64,000 nucleotides of DNA from Malacoraja senta. Lineage: Eukaryota. Below are positions 10,990 to 24,133 of the stretch, in pieces; positions within the stretch are counted from its first letter, which is position 1; each line of letters begins with the position of its first letter. The translations under genes were made by a program, and so were the position numbers. The stretch lies in assembly GCA_038087875.1 (NCBI GenBank), contig JAXLNO010000454.1:1-64000 (forward strand), read 5' to 3'. The notes under the pieces are model-generated. The model saw only the letters and a program-made list of their open reading frames with translations, ran no database searches and was not told the origin of the DNA.

Positions 10990-13765
10990 AATAGACAATA
11001 GACAATAGGTGCAGGAGTAGGCCATTCGGCCCTTAGAGCCAGCACCGCCATTCTATGTGATCATTGCTGATCATCCACAATCAGTACCCCGTTCCTGCCT
11101 TCTCCCCATATCCCCTGACTCCGCTATCTTTAAGGGCCCTATCCAGCTCTCTCTTGAAAGTATCCAGAGAACCGGCCTCCACCACCCTCTGAGGCAGAGA
11201 ATTCCACACACTCACAACTCTCTGTGAGAAAAACAATTTCCTCGTCTCCGTTCGAAATGGCTTACCCTTTATTCTTAAACTGTGGCCCCTGGTTCTGGAC
11301 TCCCCCAACATCAGGAACATGTTTCCTGCCTCCTGCATGTCCAAACCCTTAACAATCTTATATGTTTCAATAAAATCCTCTCATCCTTCTAAACTCCAGA
11401 GTGTACAAGCCCAGCCGCTCCATTCTCTCAGCATATGACAGTCCCGCCATCCCGGGAATTAACCTTGTAAACCTACGCTGCACTCCCTCAATAGCAAGAA
11501 TGTCCTTCCGCAAATTTGGGGACCAAAACTGCACACAATACTCCAGGTGTGGTCTCACTAGGGCTCTGTACAACTGCAGATGGACCCCTTTGCTCCTATA
11601 CTCGACTCTTGTTATAAAGGCCAACATTCCATTCGCTTTCTTCACTGCCTGCTGTACCTGCATGCTTACTTTCATAGACTGATGAACAAGGACCCCCCAG
11701 ATCCCGCTGTACATCCCCTTTTCCCAACTTGACGCCATTTAGATAGTAATCTGCCTTCCTGTTTTTGCTGCCAAAGTGGATAACCTCACATTTCTCCACA
11801 TTAAATGTCATCTGCCCACTCCCCCAACCTGTCCAAGTCACCCTGCATTCTCATAGCATCCTCCTCACAGTTCACACTGCCACCCAGCTTTGCGTCATCT
11901 GCAAATTTGCTAATGTTACTTTGAATACCTTCATCCAAACCAGTGATGTATATTGTAAATAGCTGCGGTCCCAGCACCAAGCCTTGCGGTACCCCACTAG
12001 TCACTGCCTGCCATTCGGAAAGGGACCCGTTAATCCCTACTCTCTGTTTCCTGTCTGCCAACCAATTTTCTATCCATGTCAGCACTCCACCCCCAATAGC
12101 ATGTGCCCTAATTTTGCCCACTAATCTCCTATGTGGGACCTTATCAAATGCTTTCTGAAAGTCCAGGTACACTACATGCACTGGCTCCCCCTTGTCCATT
12201 TTCCTAGTTACATCTTCAGAAAATTCCAGAAGATTAGTCAAGCATGATTTTCCCTTCGTAAATCCATGCTGACTCGGAGCGATCCTGTTACTGCTATCCA
12301 AATGTGCGGCTATTTCATCTTTTATAACTGATTCCAGCATCTTCCCCACCACCGATGTCAGGCTAACTGGTCTATAATTCCCTGTTTTCTCTCTCCCGCC
12401 TTTCTTAAAAAGTGGGATAACATTAGCTAACCTCCAATCCACAGGAACTGGTCCTTTATACAACATTGGAAAATTATCACCAATGCATCCATAATTTCTA
12501 GAGCCACTTCCTTAAGTACCCTGGGATGCAGACCATCAGGCCCTGGGGATTTATCAGCCTTCAGTCCCATCAGTCTACCCAACACTATTTCCAGCCTAAT
12601 GTGGATTTCCTTCAGATCCTCCGTCATCCCAGATCCTCTGGCCACTGCTATATAAGGAAGATTGCTTGTGTCCTCCTTTGTGAAGACGGTTCCAAAGTAC
12701 CTGTTCAACCTCATCTGCCATTTCCTTGTTCCCCATAATAAATTCACCTTTTTCGGTCTTCAAGGGTCCAACTTTGGTCTTAACTAATTTTTTCTCTTCA
12801 CATACCTAAGAAGCTTTTACTATCTGCTTTATATTCTTGGCTAGCTTACCTTCAAACCTCATCTTTTCTCCCTGTATTGTCTTTTAGTTATCTTCTGTTG
12901 CTCTTTAAACATTACCAAATCCTTTTGCTTCCCGCTCATCTTTGCTACTTTGTACTTCTTCTCTTTTATTTTTATACTGTCCCTGACGTCCCTTGTCAGC
13001 CAAGGTCGCCTCTTATTCCCCTTGGAATCTTTCTTCCTCCTAGGAAAATTGAACTGATCCTGCACTTCTGTATTATTCCTAGAAATACCTGCCATTTTTG
13101 TTCCACTGTCATCCCTGCTAGTGTATCTTTCCAGTCAACTTTGGCCAACTCCTCCCCTCATAGCCCCAAAGTCCCCTTTGTTCAACTGAAACACTGACAC
13201 CTCTGATCTACCCTTCTCCCTCTCCAATTGTAGATTAAACCTGACCATGTTATGGTCACTACTTCCTAATGGCTCATTAACCTCGAGGTCCTTTATCAAA
13301 TCTGGTTCATTACATAACACTAAATCCAGAATTGCCTTTTCCCTGGTAGGCTGCAATACAAGCTGCTCTAAGAATCCATCACGAAGGCACTCTACAAAGT
13401 CCCTTTCTTGGGGTCTAGTACCAACCTGATTTTCCCAGTCTACCTGCATGTTGAAATCTCCCATAACAACCATAGCATTACTTTTGCTGCATGCCAATTT
13501 TAACTCCTGATTCAACTTGCACCCTATGTCCAGGCTACTGTTTGGGGGCCTGTAGATAAGTCCCATTAGGATCTTTTTACCCTTACAATTCCTTCGTTCT
13601 ATCCATACTGACTCCACATCTCCTGTTTCAATGTCACCCCTTGCAAGGGACTGAATTTCATTCCTCACCAACAGAGCAACCCCACCCCCTCTGCCCACCT
13701 GTCTGTCTTTCGATAGGAGGTATACCCTTGAATATTCAGTTCCTAGCCCTGGCCCTCTTGCAGCC
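10990..13765 (-). mobile_element. CR1 LINE (subfamily B), 5'-truncated, frameshifted APE-RT ORF2
   Basis: ORF fragments carry APE (IYRPPN, MGDFN, SDHNMV) and RT (FADD, QGLVLGP) motifs. (atagaca)n tail at 10990-11007. Confidence 0.95.
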
Positions 13766-14064
13766 TTGTTCAGGACTAGGAAATCATGTCTATATGTACA
13801 CGTTTGCAAGGAATCAGGTATGAACAGGACCAAACTTGCCCACCGTCAAACAAACGTTTTAATGTTTCTTCCTACTTAAAAAAAGGTAGAAGATCCCCAT
13901 AAGTTAATTTACTGCTTAAACAAACCATCAGTAAAACAAAACATTTTTGAAGTCTAAAATTAATTTATATCGTCTCATTTTTAGAAATCTGCCAAAAAAA
14001 TCTGACTCCAGCCTTGGAATTACCCCACCCCAAACTGTATTTATTGATCCTACCAGCATCTGAC

Positions 14065-14185
14065 AACACAAAGAAAAGAGACTGCAGAAGCTGGAATCTA
14101 AAGCAAAATCAGACCTGTCTATTTCCTTCCACACATGCTGCCTGGCCTGCTGAGTTCCTCCAGCACTTTGTTTTTTGCTCAACAC
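14065..14185. mobile_element. Penelope pLTR-derived fragment
   Basis: ctgcagaagctggaatc ... atgctgcctggcctgctgagttcctccagcactttg. Confidence 0.6.
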
Positions 14186-14489
14186 CAGAGAACTTGATTA
14201 ATTATCCCTCAACATTCCAAAGGATAAAACTGTGGTTAATGCAATTTATTTCTAATTGTCAGGTAAAGGTCCCTGCACATCTGAAGGATCAATACATCCT
14301 TCAAGGAACAAAGCAGATTAGCTCCTGAAAGGTTTAAAGTGGGAAGTTGCAGCAAAAAGATGGCAGGTACAGACAGTACACAAAAGGCGAATAGAATGAA
14401 ATGTCCCAAACCAAAACATCACCAATCTATATCATCGAGAAATACTGCCTGGTATTATTGTTGCTCAGGCAAATATGATGTTCCCCTTT

Positions 14490-14920
14490 CATAGAATCAT
14501 AGAATCATAGAAAGTAGGTGCGAGAGCAGACCACCAGGTCCATCGAGCCCGCACCGCCATTCGCTCATGGCTGAACACCAAACAAACACCCCTACCCACA
14601 AACAGTAGACACAAGACACAGAACACAAGACACTACCCTCCCCTTTATACCGCTATCACCCCTCTCCACCCCAAGAACCGCGTGATCTCCTGGGGGAGGC
14701 AAAAAAACGGATAAAAACCCAGGTCCAATTCGGGAAAAAAATCCGGGAAATTCCTCTCCGACCCCAATCCAGGCGATCGACACTTGTCCAGGAGATCACT
14801 CAGGTCTTACTATACTAACCCTACCTAGGTCCATATCCCTGCCCTCTCCCCGTAGCCCCTTATCCCCTTGGCAGCTAAAAAAACATCTATTTTAGACTTA
14901 AATATATTTAATGTTTCTGT
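14490..14920 (-). mobile_element. CR1-like 3' end with long 3' UTR and (atagaatc)n tail
   Basis: The tail and cgagcccgcaccgccatt resemble CR1 3' ends. At the right, ccccttggcagctaaaa...cttaaatata resembles the end of CR1 ORF2. Confidence 0.6.
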
Positions 14921-15140
14921 GTCTAGATTACTAGAATTTAACTAACCGAAGCTTTCTTAAGGCCACTGAAAGAACTGGTGTATCACAAGCAGCAGTGAAA
15001 CAAGACTGCGTTTGGTCAGCATGATAAACTCACCACCACCCTTCACCTTCATTTACAAACACATGTTCTCAGTGCTCTTTAAAGGGGACAATAGCCAAGT
15101 CCCTGGCTTTTCTGCAGTGCACATTTCACCGGCTGATTTA

Positions 15141-15323
15141 CAGTGCCCTCAATAATGTTTGGGACAAAGACGCAACATTTATTTATTTGCCTCTGTACTC
15201 CACAATTTGAGATTTGTGATAGAAAAAAAAATCACATGTGGTTAACATGCACATTGTTAGATTTTAATAAAGGCCTTTTTTATACATTTTGGTTTTACCA
15301 TGTAGAAATTACAGCAATGTTTA
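15141..15323. mobile_element. Tc1-type TIR fragment (same family as 43330-45728)
   Basis: TA|cagtgccctcaataatgtttgggacaaagac... is near-identical to the TIR at 43330. Truncated by the adjacent CR1. Confidence 0.85.
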
Positions 15324-15325
15324 TG

Positions 15326-18305
15326 CTGAAGGGAGGTCGGGGACACCGATGGAGCCTCTGGCTGCTACAACTGTGGTAAGTGTGTCCAGGTTCAGCTCCT
15401 GAAGGACAGTGTTGGGGCACTGGAGATTGATGACCTCAGTGCCTTCCAGGATAACGAGAGATTCCTGGACAGAACCTACAGTGAGGTTGTCACGCCAAGG
15501 ATAAAGGAAGAACGAAGGTGTGTGACAGAGAAGGGGGAGTAACCGTGCAGTGCAGGAGACCCAGGCGGCTGTGCCTAATGAAAACAGGTACGCCCTCTTG
15601 GGAGCTGTCGGGGTGGGGGGGGGAAGAGGGACGCTTCCAGTCCGAGTGGCGGACAGGTCGGTGGCTCCAATCCCAGAGATGAGACTCGACCGGCGAGCCC
15701 AACGTCGGGCAGAGCCATAGTGGTGGGTGACTCTATCGTCCGAGGTGCAGACTGGAGATTCTGTGGCGGCAGGCGAGACTCGAGGATGGTCTGATGCCTC
15801 TCTGGTGCCAAGGTTCAAGATATCACAAACCAAATTCAGAACATCCTCGAGAGGGAAGGTGAACAGCTGGCAGTAGTTGTGCACGTAGGCACAAACGACA
15901 TCGGGAAGATGAGGAAGGAGATTTTGCAACGCGAGTTTAGAGAGTTAGGAAGAAGACTGAAAAGCAGGACTAGGGTGGTTATCTCTGGATTGCTTCCAGT
16001 ACCTCGTGCTAGTGAGGACAGGAACAGGGAGATAGGGGATCTGAATGTCTGGCTGAGGGGCTGGTGCAGGGAGCAAGGATTTACATTTATAGACCACTGG
16101 AATCTCTTCTGGGGTAGGGGTGATCTGTACAATAGGGACGGGTTACACCTTAACTGGAGGGGGACAACGGTCTGGCAGGCAGGTTTGCTAGGGCTACACG
16201 TATGGGTTTAAACTAAATAGTGGGGGGGAGGGCTTGACAAATTGGGAGTATAAAGATGGAGTTAAATGGGAAGTGAGTACAGGAAAAGTTACAAAGACTC
16301 ACAAATTAATGGGAAGGAAAGTTCGAGAAGGGATAAGAGAGTACGGTCAGGGCCCAATTGTGAGCAGTGTGAGAGGGGAGGTGAATATCGAAGTCAAAGT
16401 GTTGTGTATGAATGTGCGAAGTACAAGAATAAAGTGGATCAGCTTGAGGCTCAGTTAGAAATTGGCAAGTATGATGTTGTGGGAATTACAGAGACATGGC
16501 TGCAAGAGGGCCAGGGCTGGGAACAGAATATTCAAGGGTATACCTCCTATTGAAAAGACAGACAGGTGGGCAGAGCGGGTGAGGAATGAAATTCAATCCC
16601 TTGCAAGGGGTGACATTGAAACAGGAGATGTGGAGTCAGTATGGATAGAACTAAGGAATTGTAATGGTAAAGAGACCCTAATGTGAGTTATCTACAGGCC
16701 CCCAAACAGTAGCCTGGATATAGGGTGCAAGTTGAATCAAGAGTTAAAATTGGCATGTAGTCAAGGTAATGCTACGGTTGTTATGGAGATTTCAACATGC
16801 AGGTAGACTGGGAAAATCAGGTTGGTACTGGACCCAAAGAAAGGGAGTTTGTGGAGTGCCTCCGTGATGGATTCCTAGAGCAGCTTGTATTGGAGCCTAC
16901 CAGGGAGAAGGCAATTCTGGATTTAGTGTTGTGTAATGAATCGGATTTGATAAGGGAATGAGGTGAAAGAGCCATTAGGAGGTAGTGACCATAATATGGT
17001 ACGTTTTAATCGACAATTTGAGAGGGAGGAGGGTAAATCGGAGGTGTCAGTGTTACCGGTTAAAGAAAGAGGACTATGGACCATGAGGGAGGAGATGGCC
17101 AAAGTTGACTGGAAAGATACCCTAGCTCGGATGACAGTGGAACAACAATGGCAGGTATTTCTGGGAATAATACAGAAGGTGCATTCCAAAGAGGAAGAAA
17201 GATTCCAAGGGGAGTAAGGGGCGACCGTGGCTGACAAGGGAAGTCAGGGAAAGTATCAAAATAAAAGATTAGTACAACGTGGCAAAGATGAGCAGGAAGC
17301 TAGAGGATTGGGTAATGTTTCAAGAGCAACAGAAGATAACTAAAAAGACAATGCGGGGAGAAAAGATGAGGTACAAAGGTAAGCTAGCCAAGAATATAAA
17401 GGAGGATAGTAAAAGCTTCTTTAGGTATGTGAACAGGAAAAAATTAGATAAGACCAAAGTTGGACCATTGAAGAATGAAAAGGGTGAATTTATTATGGGG
17501 AACAAGGAAATGGCAGATGAGTTGAACAGGTACTTTGGATCCGTCTTCACTAAGGAGGACACAAAGAATCTTCCTGGTGTACTAGTGGCCAGAGGATCTG
17601 GGGTGATGGAGGAACTGAAGGAAATCCACATTAGGCAGGAAATGGTGAAGGATAGACTGATGGGACTGAGGGCTGATAAATCCCCAGGGCCTGATGGTCT
17701 GCATCCCAGGGTACTTAAGGAAGTGACTCTAGAAATTGTGGACGCATTGGTGATGATTTTCCAATATTCTATTGATTCAGGATCAGTTCCGTGGATTGGA
17801 TGGTAGCTAATGTATCCCACTTTTTATGAAAGGCGGGAGAGAGAAAACAGGGAATTATAAACAAGTTAGCCTGACATCGGTGGTGGGGAAGATGCTGGAA
17901 TCAATCATAAAAGATGAAATAGCGGCACATTTGGATAGCAGTAACAGATCGGTCCGAGTCAGCATGGATTTACGAAGGGGAAATCATGCTTGTCTAATCT
18001 TCTGGAATTTTTTGAGGATGTAACTAGGAAAATGGACAAGGGAGAGCCAGTGGATGTAGTGTACCTGGACTTTCAGAAAGCATTTGATAAGATCACACAT
18101 AGATTAGTGGGCAAAATTAGGGCACATGGTATTGGGGGTAGAGTGCTGACATGGGTAGAGAAGTGGTTGGCAGACAGGAAACAAAGAGTAGGGATTAACG
18201 GGTCCCTTTCAGAATGGCAGGCAGTGACTAGTGGGGTACCGCAAGGCTCGGTGCTGGGACTGCCAGCTATTTACAAGATACATCAATGATTTAGATGAAG
18301 GGATT
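15326..18305 (+). mobile_element. CR1 LINE (subfamily B) with ORF1 (SGNH/GDSL-like esterase) and degenerate ORF2
   Basis: ORF1 motifs VVGDSIVR, HVGTNDIG, ISGLLPVP and DGLHLN (15720-16160). ORF2 APE (DVVGITETWL) and RT motifs run to YINDLDEGI, where the element is cut off. Confidence 0.95.
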
Positions 18306-18917
18306 AGGGGCACCGCATTGACGGCAGCCACTGCCTACAGCCTGTTTGTCTTTTTAATCTTTTTTTTATTTTTAGTTAGCTTAAAGTCTGTTTTGGGGGG
18401 AAACTTTAACTTTTTTATGTGGGGGAGGGGGTTAGGGTAAGGGGGGAACTGTTTCCCAGTCGCCTCCTGGCGGGGACGCGACTATTTCTCCAAGTCGCGT
18501 CCTCGCCCCCCTCCTCGCGGCCTACCACCTGGATCGGAGCGGCATTTCCTGCCGGGGGCCGGGAACGGACCTGAGCTGCAACAGCGGCGGCGCAGCGCTG
18601 AATTCACCGCAGAGCGGGCGATGCCGACCTGGATCGCCGTTTGGAGCTCCGGAACGTTGGGCCGCTGCTCCAACATCGTGGAGCTGTGGTTTGAGAGAGC
18701 TTCCAGCGCGGCCGGTGCTGAACAACATCGCGGAGTCCTGGGGCCCTTTACCGAGGGCCGCCAGCGTTGAATCTCCGCCCAGCATGGCCTGCGGACTTTG
18801 GGAGACGCGGACTCCGGTAGGAGGTGGCCGACTCTGATGTCCAGGCCGCTGAGGTCCCCCAGCCCCGACGTCGGACTTACATCACCCCGGCGAGCGGGCC
18901 TGAACATCTTTGTCAGC
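18306..18917 (+). mobile_element. GC-rich non-autonomous element (5' part; same family as 24996-25690)
   Basis: 18470-18910 is the reverse complement of 25255-25690 (cctggcggggacgcgactat..., ggagctccggaacgttgggccgctgctccaacatcgtggagctgtgg). Confidence 0.8.
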
Positions 18918-19335
18918 ATAGAATTTAGGAGATTGAGAGGAGATCTTATTGAAACGTACAAAATTCTTATGGGGTTGGACAAGCTAGATGCAGGAAGATT
19001 GTTCCCGATGTTGGGGAAGTCCAGGACAAGGGGTCACAGCTTAAGGATAAGGGGGAAATCCTTTAAGACCGAGATGAGGAAAAACTTTTTCACACAGAGA
19101 GTGGTGAATCTCTGGAACTCTCTGCCACAGAGGGTAGTTGAGGCCCAGTTCATTGGCTATATTTAAGAGGGAGTTAGATGTGGCCCTTGTGGCTAAAGGG
19201 ATCAGGGGGTATGGAGAGAAGGCAGGTACGGGATACTGAGTTGGATGATCAGCCATGATCATATTGAATGGCGGTGCAGGCTCGAAGGGCCGAATGGCCT
19301 ACTCCTGCACCTATTTTCTATGTATCTATGTATCT
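18918..19335 (+). mobile_element. CR1 subfamily A 3' end
   Basis: Nearly identical to 53265-53675, including the ctatgtat tail. Confidence 0.95.
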
Positions 19336-19339
19336 GCTA

Positions 19340-20220
19340 GTCCCATTTACCCACCTTATTTCCCTCTAAACCTTATCCTTTCATGTACCTATCCAACTAT
19401 CTTTTAATTGTTGTTACTGTACTATGTCAACCAGTTAATTTCATATATGCACTACCCTGTATTACGATGTTGCTACTAATGACTGTTTTAAATCTTTCTC
19501 TTCACTTTGAAGATTTGTATTCCTTTTCCCTGAGAAAAAGGCTTCGTGCATTTACCTTATCAATGTCTTTCTTGATTTTACACACCTTTCAGTCTCCCAT
19601 GTTCAAAGGAATATAGTCCTCATCTGTCTAACCCCCTATAACTCAGGACTTTGATTCCTGGCCACATCCTTGTAAATCTCTGCCCTCTTTCCAGTTTAAT
19701 GAAGTCATCCGATAACAGGGTAACCAGAACTCCACAACTCCTTGGTCCCCCAGTTCCACAACACCTTCCTGGGTCATAATGTTCACTGTGAAAATACTAC
19801 TCTTATTTGACTTCCCAAAATGCAACACTTATACTTAACTGAATTAAATTCCATATGCCAATTCTCGATCCATTTACCCAACAGATCAACATCCCACTGT
19901 AATATTTGACAATTATTTTCACTGTCGAATATAGATCCTATTTTAGTAACATCTGCAAACTTACAAATCATGCCTGTACATTCTCATTCAAATGGTTTAA
20001 ACAAATGATGAACAACAATGGGCCTAGGTACCAAATCTGGTGGTACCAACCTCTGGTACCACCAGATTTTCAGACTGGAGGCCAGTGACAACTTTCCAAC
20101 ATCACCCTTTGATTCCGACCTTCAAGCCAATTATGCATCCAATTCACACGCACTCCCTGGATTCCAGGTGATCTAACCTTCCAGACTTGCCTTCCATGCG
20201 GGACCTGGTTATAGCTTTTG
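19340..20220 (-). mobile_element. old decayed CR1 RT fragment
   Basis: Translated pieces ICKFADVTKIG, MEFN, LHFGKSN and WLEGRNQRV. Confidence 0.75.
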
Positions 20221-20380
20221 GAAATACCACCCTTCACAGAGTCATTGGAGTAGCCCATTTGTTCTGCAGCCTCTGACTTTTCTTTATAGATCAATTTTTT
20301 TTTTTTTAACGCATGAACTTTGCCCCTTGCCCCTCCACCCGAATCCCACCAATACCAGAAAACAGGCTCTGTGAAGTGTT

Positions 20381-20601
20381 TAGGAAGGAACCTCAGGTAC
20401 TGGTTTACACCGAAGATAGACACACAATTCTGGAGTAACTCAGTGGGTCAAGCAGCATCTCTGGAGAAAAGGAATTGGTGACGTTTCGGGTCGAGACCAT
20501 TCTCTCAGTCTGAAGAAGGTTCTCAACCTGAAACATCACCCACTCCTTTTCTCCAGATAATCTGCCCGACCCGCTAAGTTACTCAGGATTTTGTGTCTAT
20601 C
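20381..20601. mobile_element. Penelope pLTR-derived fold-back element with hammerhead-like cores
   Basis: Inverted arms gatagacac...ctggagaaaagga / tccttttctccag...gtgtctatc around gacgtttcgggtcgagacc...tctgaagaaggttctcaacctgaaacatc. Confidence 0.75.
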
Positions 20602-21089
20602 CTCTGTAAAGTGTGTACTGGATGATCTTAATTTCATGCTAGTCCACAAATTATTGACCAAATATAACTGCCATAATACTAATTTCTTCAATCAAATTAC
20701 TTTTCACACCCACAGCACAATTTCAATGTCATTCCGACGGTGCACTGGACAGTCCGAGATGCCAAAGACCAGCTGTCTTCTCAATTTTCTTTGCACGGCA
20801 CTAAGGATCCACCGCACTACCCAAAGCGAAACAGGAAAATTTCCCCCGATTTAAACACTCACTCAAGCAAAACCACAAATGCACTTTCCGGTGATTGAGC
20901 CATACTTCAATGAGACTTTGTTCTGAGATGCAGCAATTTGGCTGCTTTATTTCCTTACATTGCAAAAGTAACCAAACATCAGTTGGTTGCAGAGTACTTT
21001 GGGGACATGCACATTCTTGGCCAATGACCTCGCAGTGGACCAGAATCATTCACGGTTGCACTTAGGATCTCAAATCAATTCACCAACCA

Positions 21090-21785
21090 GTTGCATTCCA
21101 TTTTAATTCCCTTTCCCATACTGACCTGTTTGTCCTCTGTCTCTACATTACCAGTGAGGCCAAAAGCAAACAAGAAGAATTGCATCTCACATTTCACCTG
21201 TTCTAGAGCTCGATGGCATGAACATCTGGTGACCTGTATCCCCTCTGCCCTTTTCTCGTGTCATTTATCAATACTGATCTTCTTCCAATACATACCCTAG
21301 CCCCTTAGCACATCACGAAGGGATACAAGGATGCAAACAGTGGAACCAGTGGACTAGTAGGATAGGTTAGTGTGGGAAGGGAGAGGGGGGAGGGGAGGGA
21401 AAGAGAGAATGCAGAGATTACTTGAAATTAGAGAAATCAATGCTCATTCCGCTGGGATGTAAGCAAATATGAGGGGCTGTTCCTCCAATTTGCATGTGGC
21501 TTCACTGACACTGGAGTAGGCCCAGGACATAAAGGTCCATATGAATATGGGAATTCATTATCACCTCTTCCCCAGCCAACAATTGTCCATTTTAGGCTCC
21601 ACCTTTCCTTGGTCATCTGTTGCCGGCCCTGCTTTGTTCTGGCCTTTCCTTACCCCTAGTTATTCCCTCAACTGTCACCCATCATTTACCTCCAGAGATG
21701 TTGCCAGACCCACTGAGCTACTCCAGCACTTTGTGTCTATCTTCGATATATATATATCAACATCTGCAGTTCCTTTCTACACACT
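21090..21785. mobile_element. Penelope-like fragments in both orientations
   Basis: Decayed GIY-YIG C-terminus on plus (21090-21240), its reverse complement at 21415-21540, and a pLTR tail at 21690-21785. Confidence 0.65.
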
Positions 21786-22851
21786 TTCGATGGGATGTGT
21801 AACCTTGGATATTCAGCTCCCAGCTAGGATCGTCTTTCAGCCACATCTCCGTAATGCACACAACGTTCCAATTTCCAACTGTGCTATAAGCTCATCCACT
21901 TTGTTCAGGATACTGCAAACATTCAAAATATAACACCTTTTGTTCAGTTTTCACCACCCCTCCTCAAATTGGTCCCATTTTGCCTGACCTTAAACTCTTA
22001 TCCTTCCTAAATATTTTGCCCAATTATTTCTGCTGGATACTTCAGTAACCTCTCCGGCACTCTCCTTCCCTTTAACTTCATCCATACATTTCCAAATTGT
22101 TGACACTATACCCCAACTATTTAGCTTAAAGCACTGTCTACGGCCCTGGTTATGCGGTTTGCCACGATCATGATCTTGATAAGATGATCGTGATTAGCAC
22201 AACAGGTCAGAGAGCAGGATGGCGTTTTACTGCTAATTCCAATGTTCTTTTGACACCAGAGCTTATGTACGCAAATTACCGAGCAATATTTTCCTTATTC
22301 AGCAATTACCGAGTGATCAGAAGCCAATCAAGTTATGTTGGCAAGGAACAATAAAAACTGAATACTGTGTTATTCTCTAAGCTAAGGAGCCGTTGGTCCA
22401 TCCATATGATGGCTGCTATGCACTCATTTGGCAAAGCTGATCAAAGCATTTCTGGACATGTTAATGGTCAAGTTGGGAAAAGGGGAATTACAACGGGATC
22501 TGGGGGTCCTTGTTCATCAGTCAATGAAAGTAAGCATGCAGGTACAGCAGGCAGTGAAGAAAGTGAATGGCATGTTGGCCTTCATATCAAGAGAAGTTGA
22601 GTATAGGAGCAAAGAGGTCCTTCTGCAGTTGTATAGGGCCCTAGTGAGACCACACCTGGAGTATTGTGTGCAGTTTTGGTTCCCTAATTTGAGGAAGGAC
22701 GTTCTTGCTATTGAGGGAGTGCAGTGTAGGTTTACAAGCTTAATTCCTGGGATGGCGGGACTGTCATATGCTGAGAGAATGGAGCGGCTGGGCTTGTATA
22801 CTCTGGAATTTAGAAGGATGAGAGGATATCTTATTGAAACATATAATATTA

Positions 22852-24133
22852 CTAGACTAAGTGGGACCCGTTGGGTCCCATGTTCACACGGGAGGGCTGG
22901 TCCCCCAACACAATATTCCACCTCTCCACCAATTCCAATATTGGTGGGCAGTGGGAGGGGGGGGGGGGGTTCTGGAGCTCTGGTATGGTGTTGTTGGCTG
23001 CAGGGACTACTGGTCTCCAGAGGGCTAGTATGGACATTGTGGGCCAAATGGATTCTTGGGGTGGCAGCTCAGTCCCTCAAGCCTGATGTGCTGGCAGCTC
23101 ACTCACGGCTGGTGGGCTGGCAGTTGACGCACGGCTATTCCTTGAAATTCCATTTCAAGCAGAGTGCAAGGCCACCAAATTCAAATCCATTTGTGCAAAT
23201 GGTTGTTTTTTGGGGGGGGGGGGTAGGGTTGAAGTAAAATGGCAGTGCAAATGGTTGTTTGGGGGGGGTTGGGTTGAAGTAAAAAGGCAGTGCAAATGGT
23301 TGTTTGGGTTTTTTGGGGGGTTAAAGTAAAATGGTTGTTTGGGGATTTTTTGGGTTGAAGTAAAAAGGCAGTGCAAATGGTTGTTTGGGGAGTTTTGGGG
23401 TTGAAGTAAAAAGGCAGTGCAAATGGATGTTTGGGGGGGGTGGGGTTGGGTTGAAGCAAAAATGTCACCCAACCATTTGCACTGCCTTTTTACTTCAACC
23501 CAAAACCCCCTCAAACCCCCTCCCCCCCAACAACCATTTGCACTGCCTTTTTACTTCAACCCCCAAAAAAAACCAAACGACCATTTACACTGCCTTTTTA
23601 CTTCAACCCAAACCCCCCAAACAACCATATGCACTGCCTTTTTACTTCAACCCAAACCGCCCCCCCTCCCCCCCAACAACCATTTGCACTGCCTTTTTAC
23701 TTCAACCCAAACCCCCCCCCCAAACAACCATTTGCAGTGCATTTTTACTTCAAACCAACCATCTTCATTTTCAAACCACATTAAGGGCACTCACAGTTGA
23801 ATAGACATGTGTTCAGTGTTATTCAGAGCTCAGAGAGACAGTGAACATCTTGCTTCGTCCATCTTGCAGAGACTGAGTGAGGCACACCACTTCCGGGTGT
23901 TATAGTCCCTCACCCCTCCCACCAGCAGGGGCAGCAGAGAGAATAGCAACATTTTTAAAAACATGAATATATCGCTGATTTTTCATCGACGGGAAATATC
24001 CTCCAGGCCAGGCAGGCGGAGGGGGGCTCTGAGCGAGGTGGCCAAAAATGACGGCCGTAGGTGGCGGCGTTCTCTCGGAAATCACAGCACAGCGAGCCAA
24101 AAGCGGTCAAGATCAGACTTTTAGTAATATAGA
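22852..24133 (-). mobile_element. non-autonomous Helitron
   Basis: On the minus strand: 5' TC (24133-24132), subterminal hairpin tgggaccc-gtt-gggtccca (22862-22880) and 3' CTAG (22855-22852). Inserted between host A and T with no TSD. The empty site atataatatta|ttaaggg matches the CR1 at 39608 (atataagattattaaggg). Confidence 0.9.
23190..23762. repeat. inverted minisatellite array within the Helitron
   Basis: About five units of ttgaagtaaaaaggcagtgcaaatggttgtt-G-run (23190-23462), then about five reverse-complement units (23470-23762). Confidence 0.9.

Noticed and set aside
20820..20895. ETS/RUNX/NF-kB-like motifs (caggaaaatttcccc, aaccaca)
   Set aside because: The NF-kB match is imperfect and such short motifs are frequent by chance; no independent support.
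23190..23762. Repeats with variable linkers as a CRISPR-like array, and repetitive ORFs (TTICTAFLLQP)
   Set aside because: The linkers are only G/C/T homopolymer variants. The ORFs are translations of a minisatellite in a Helitron.
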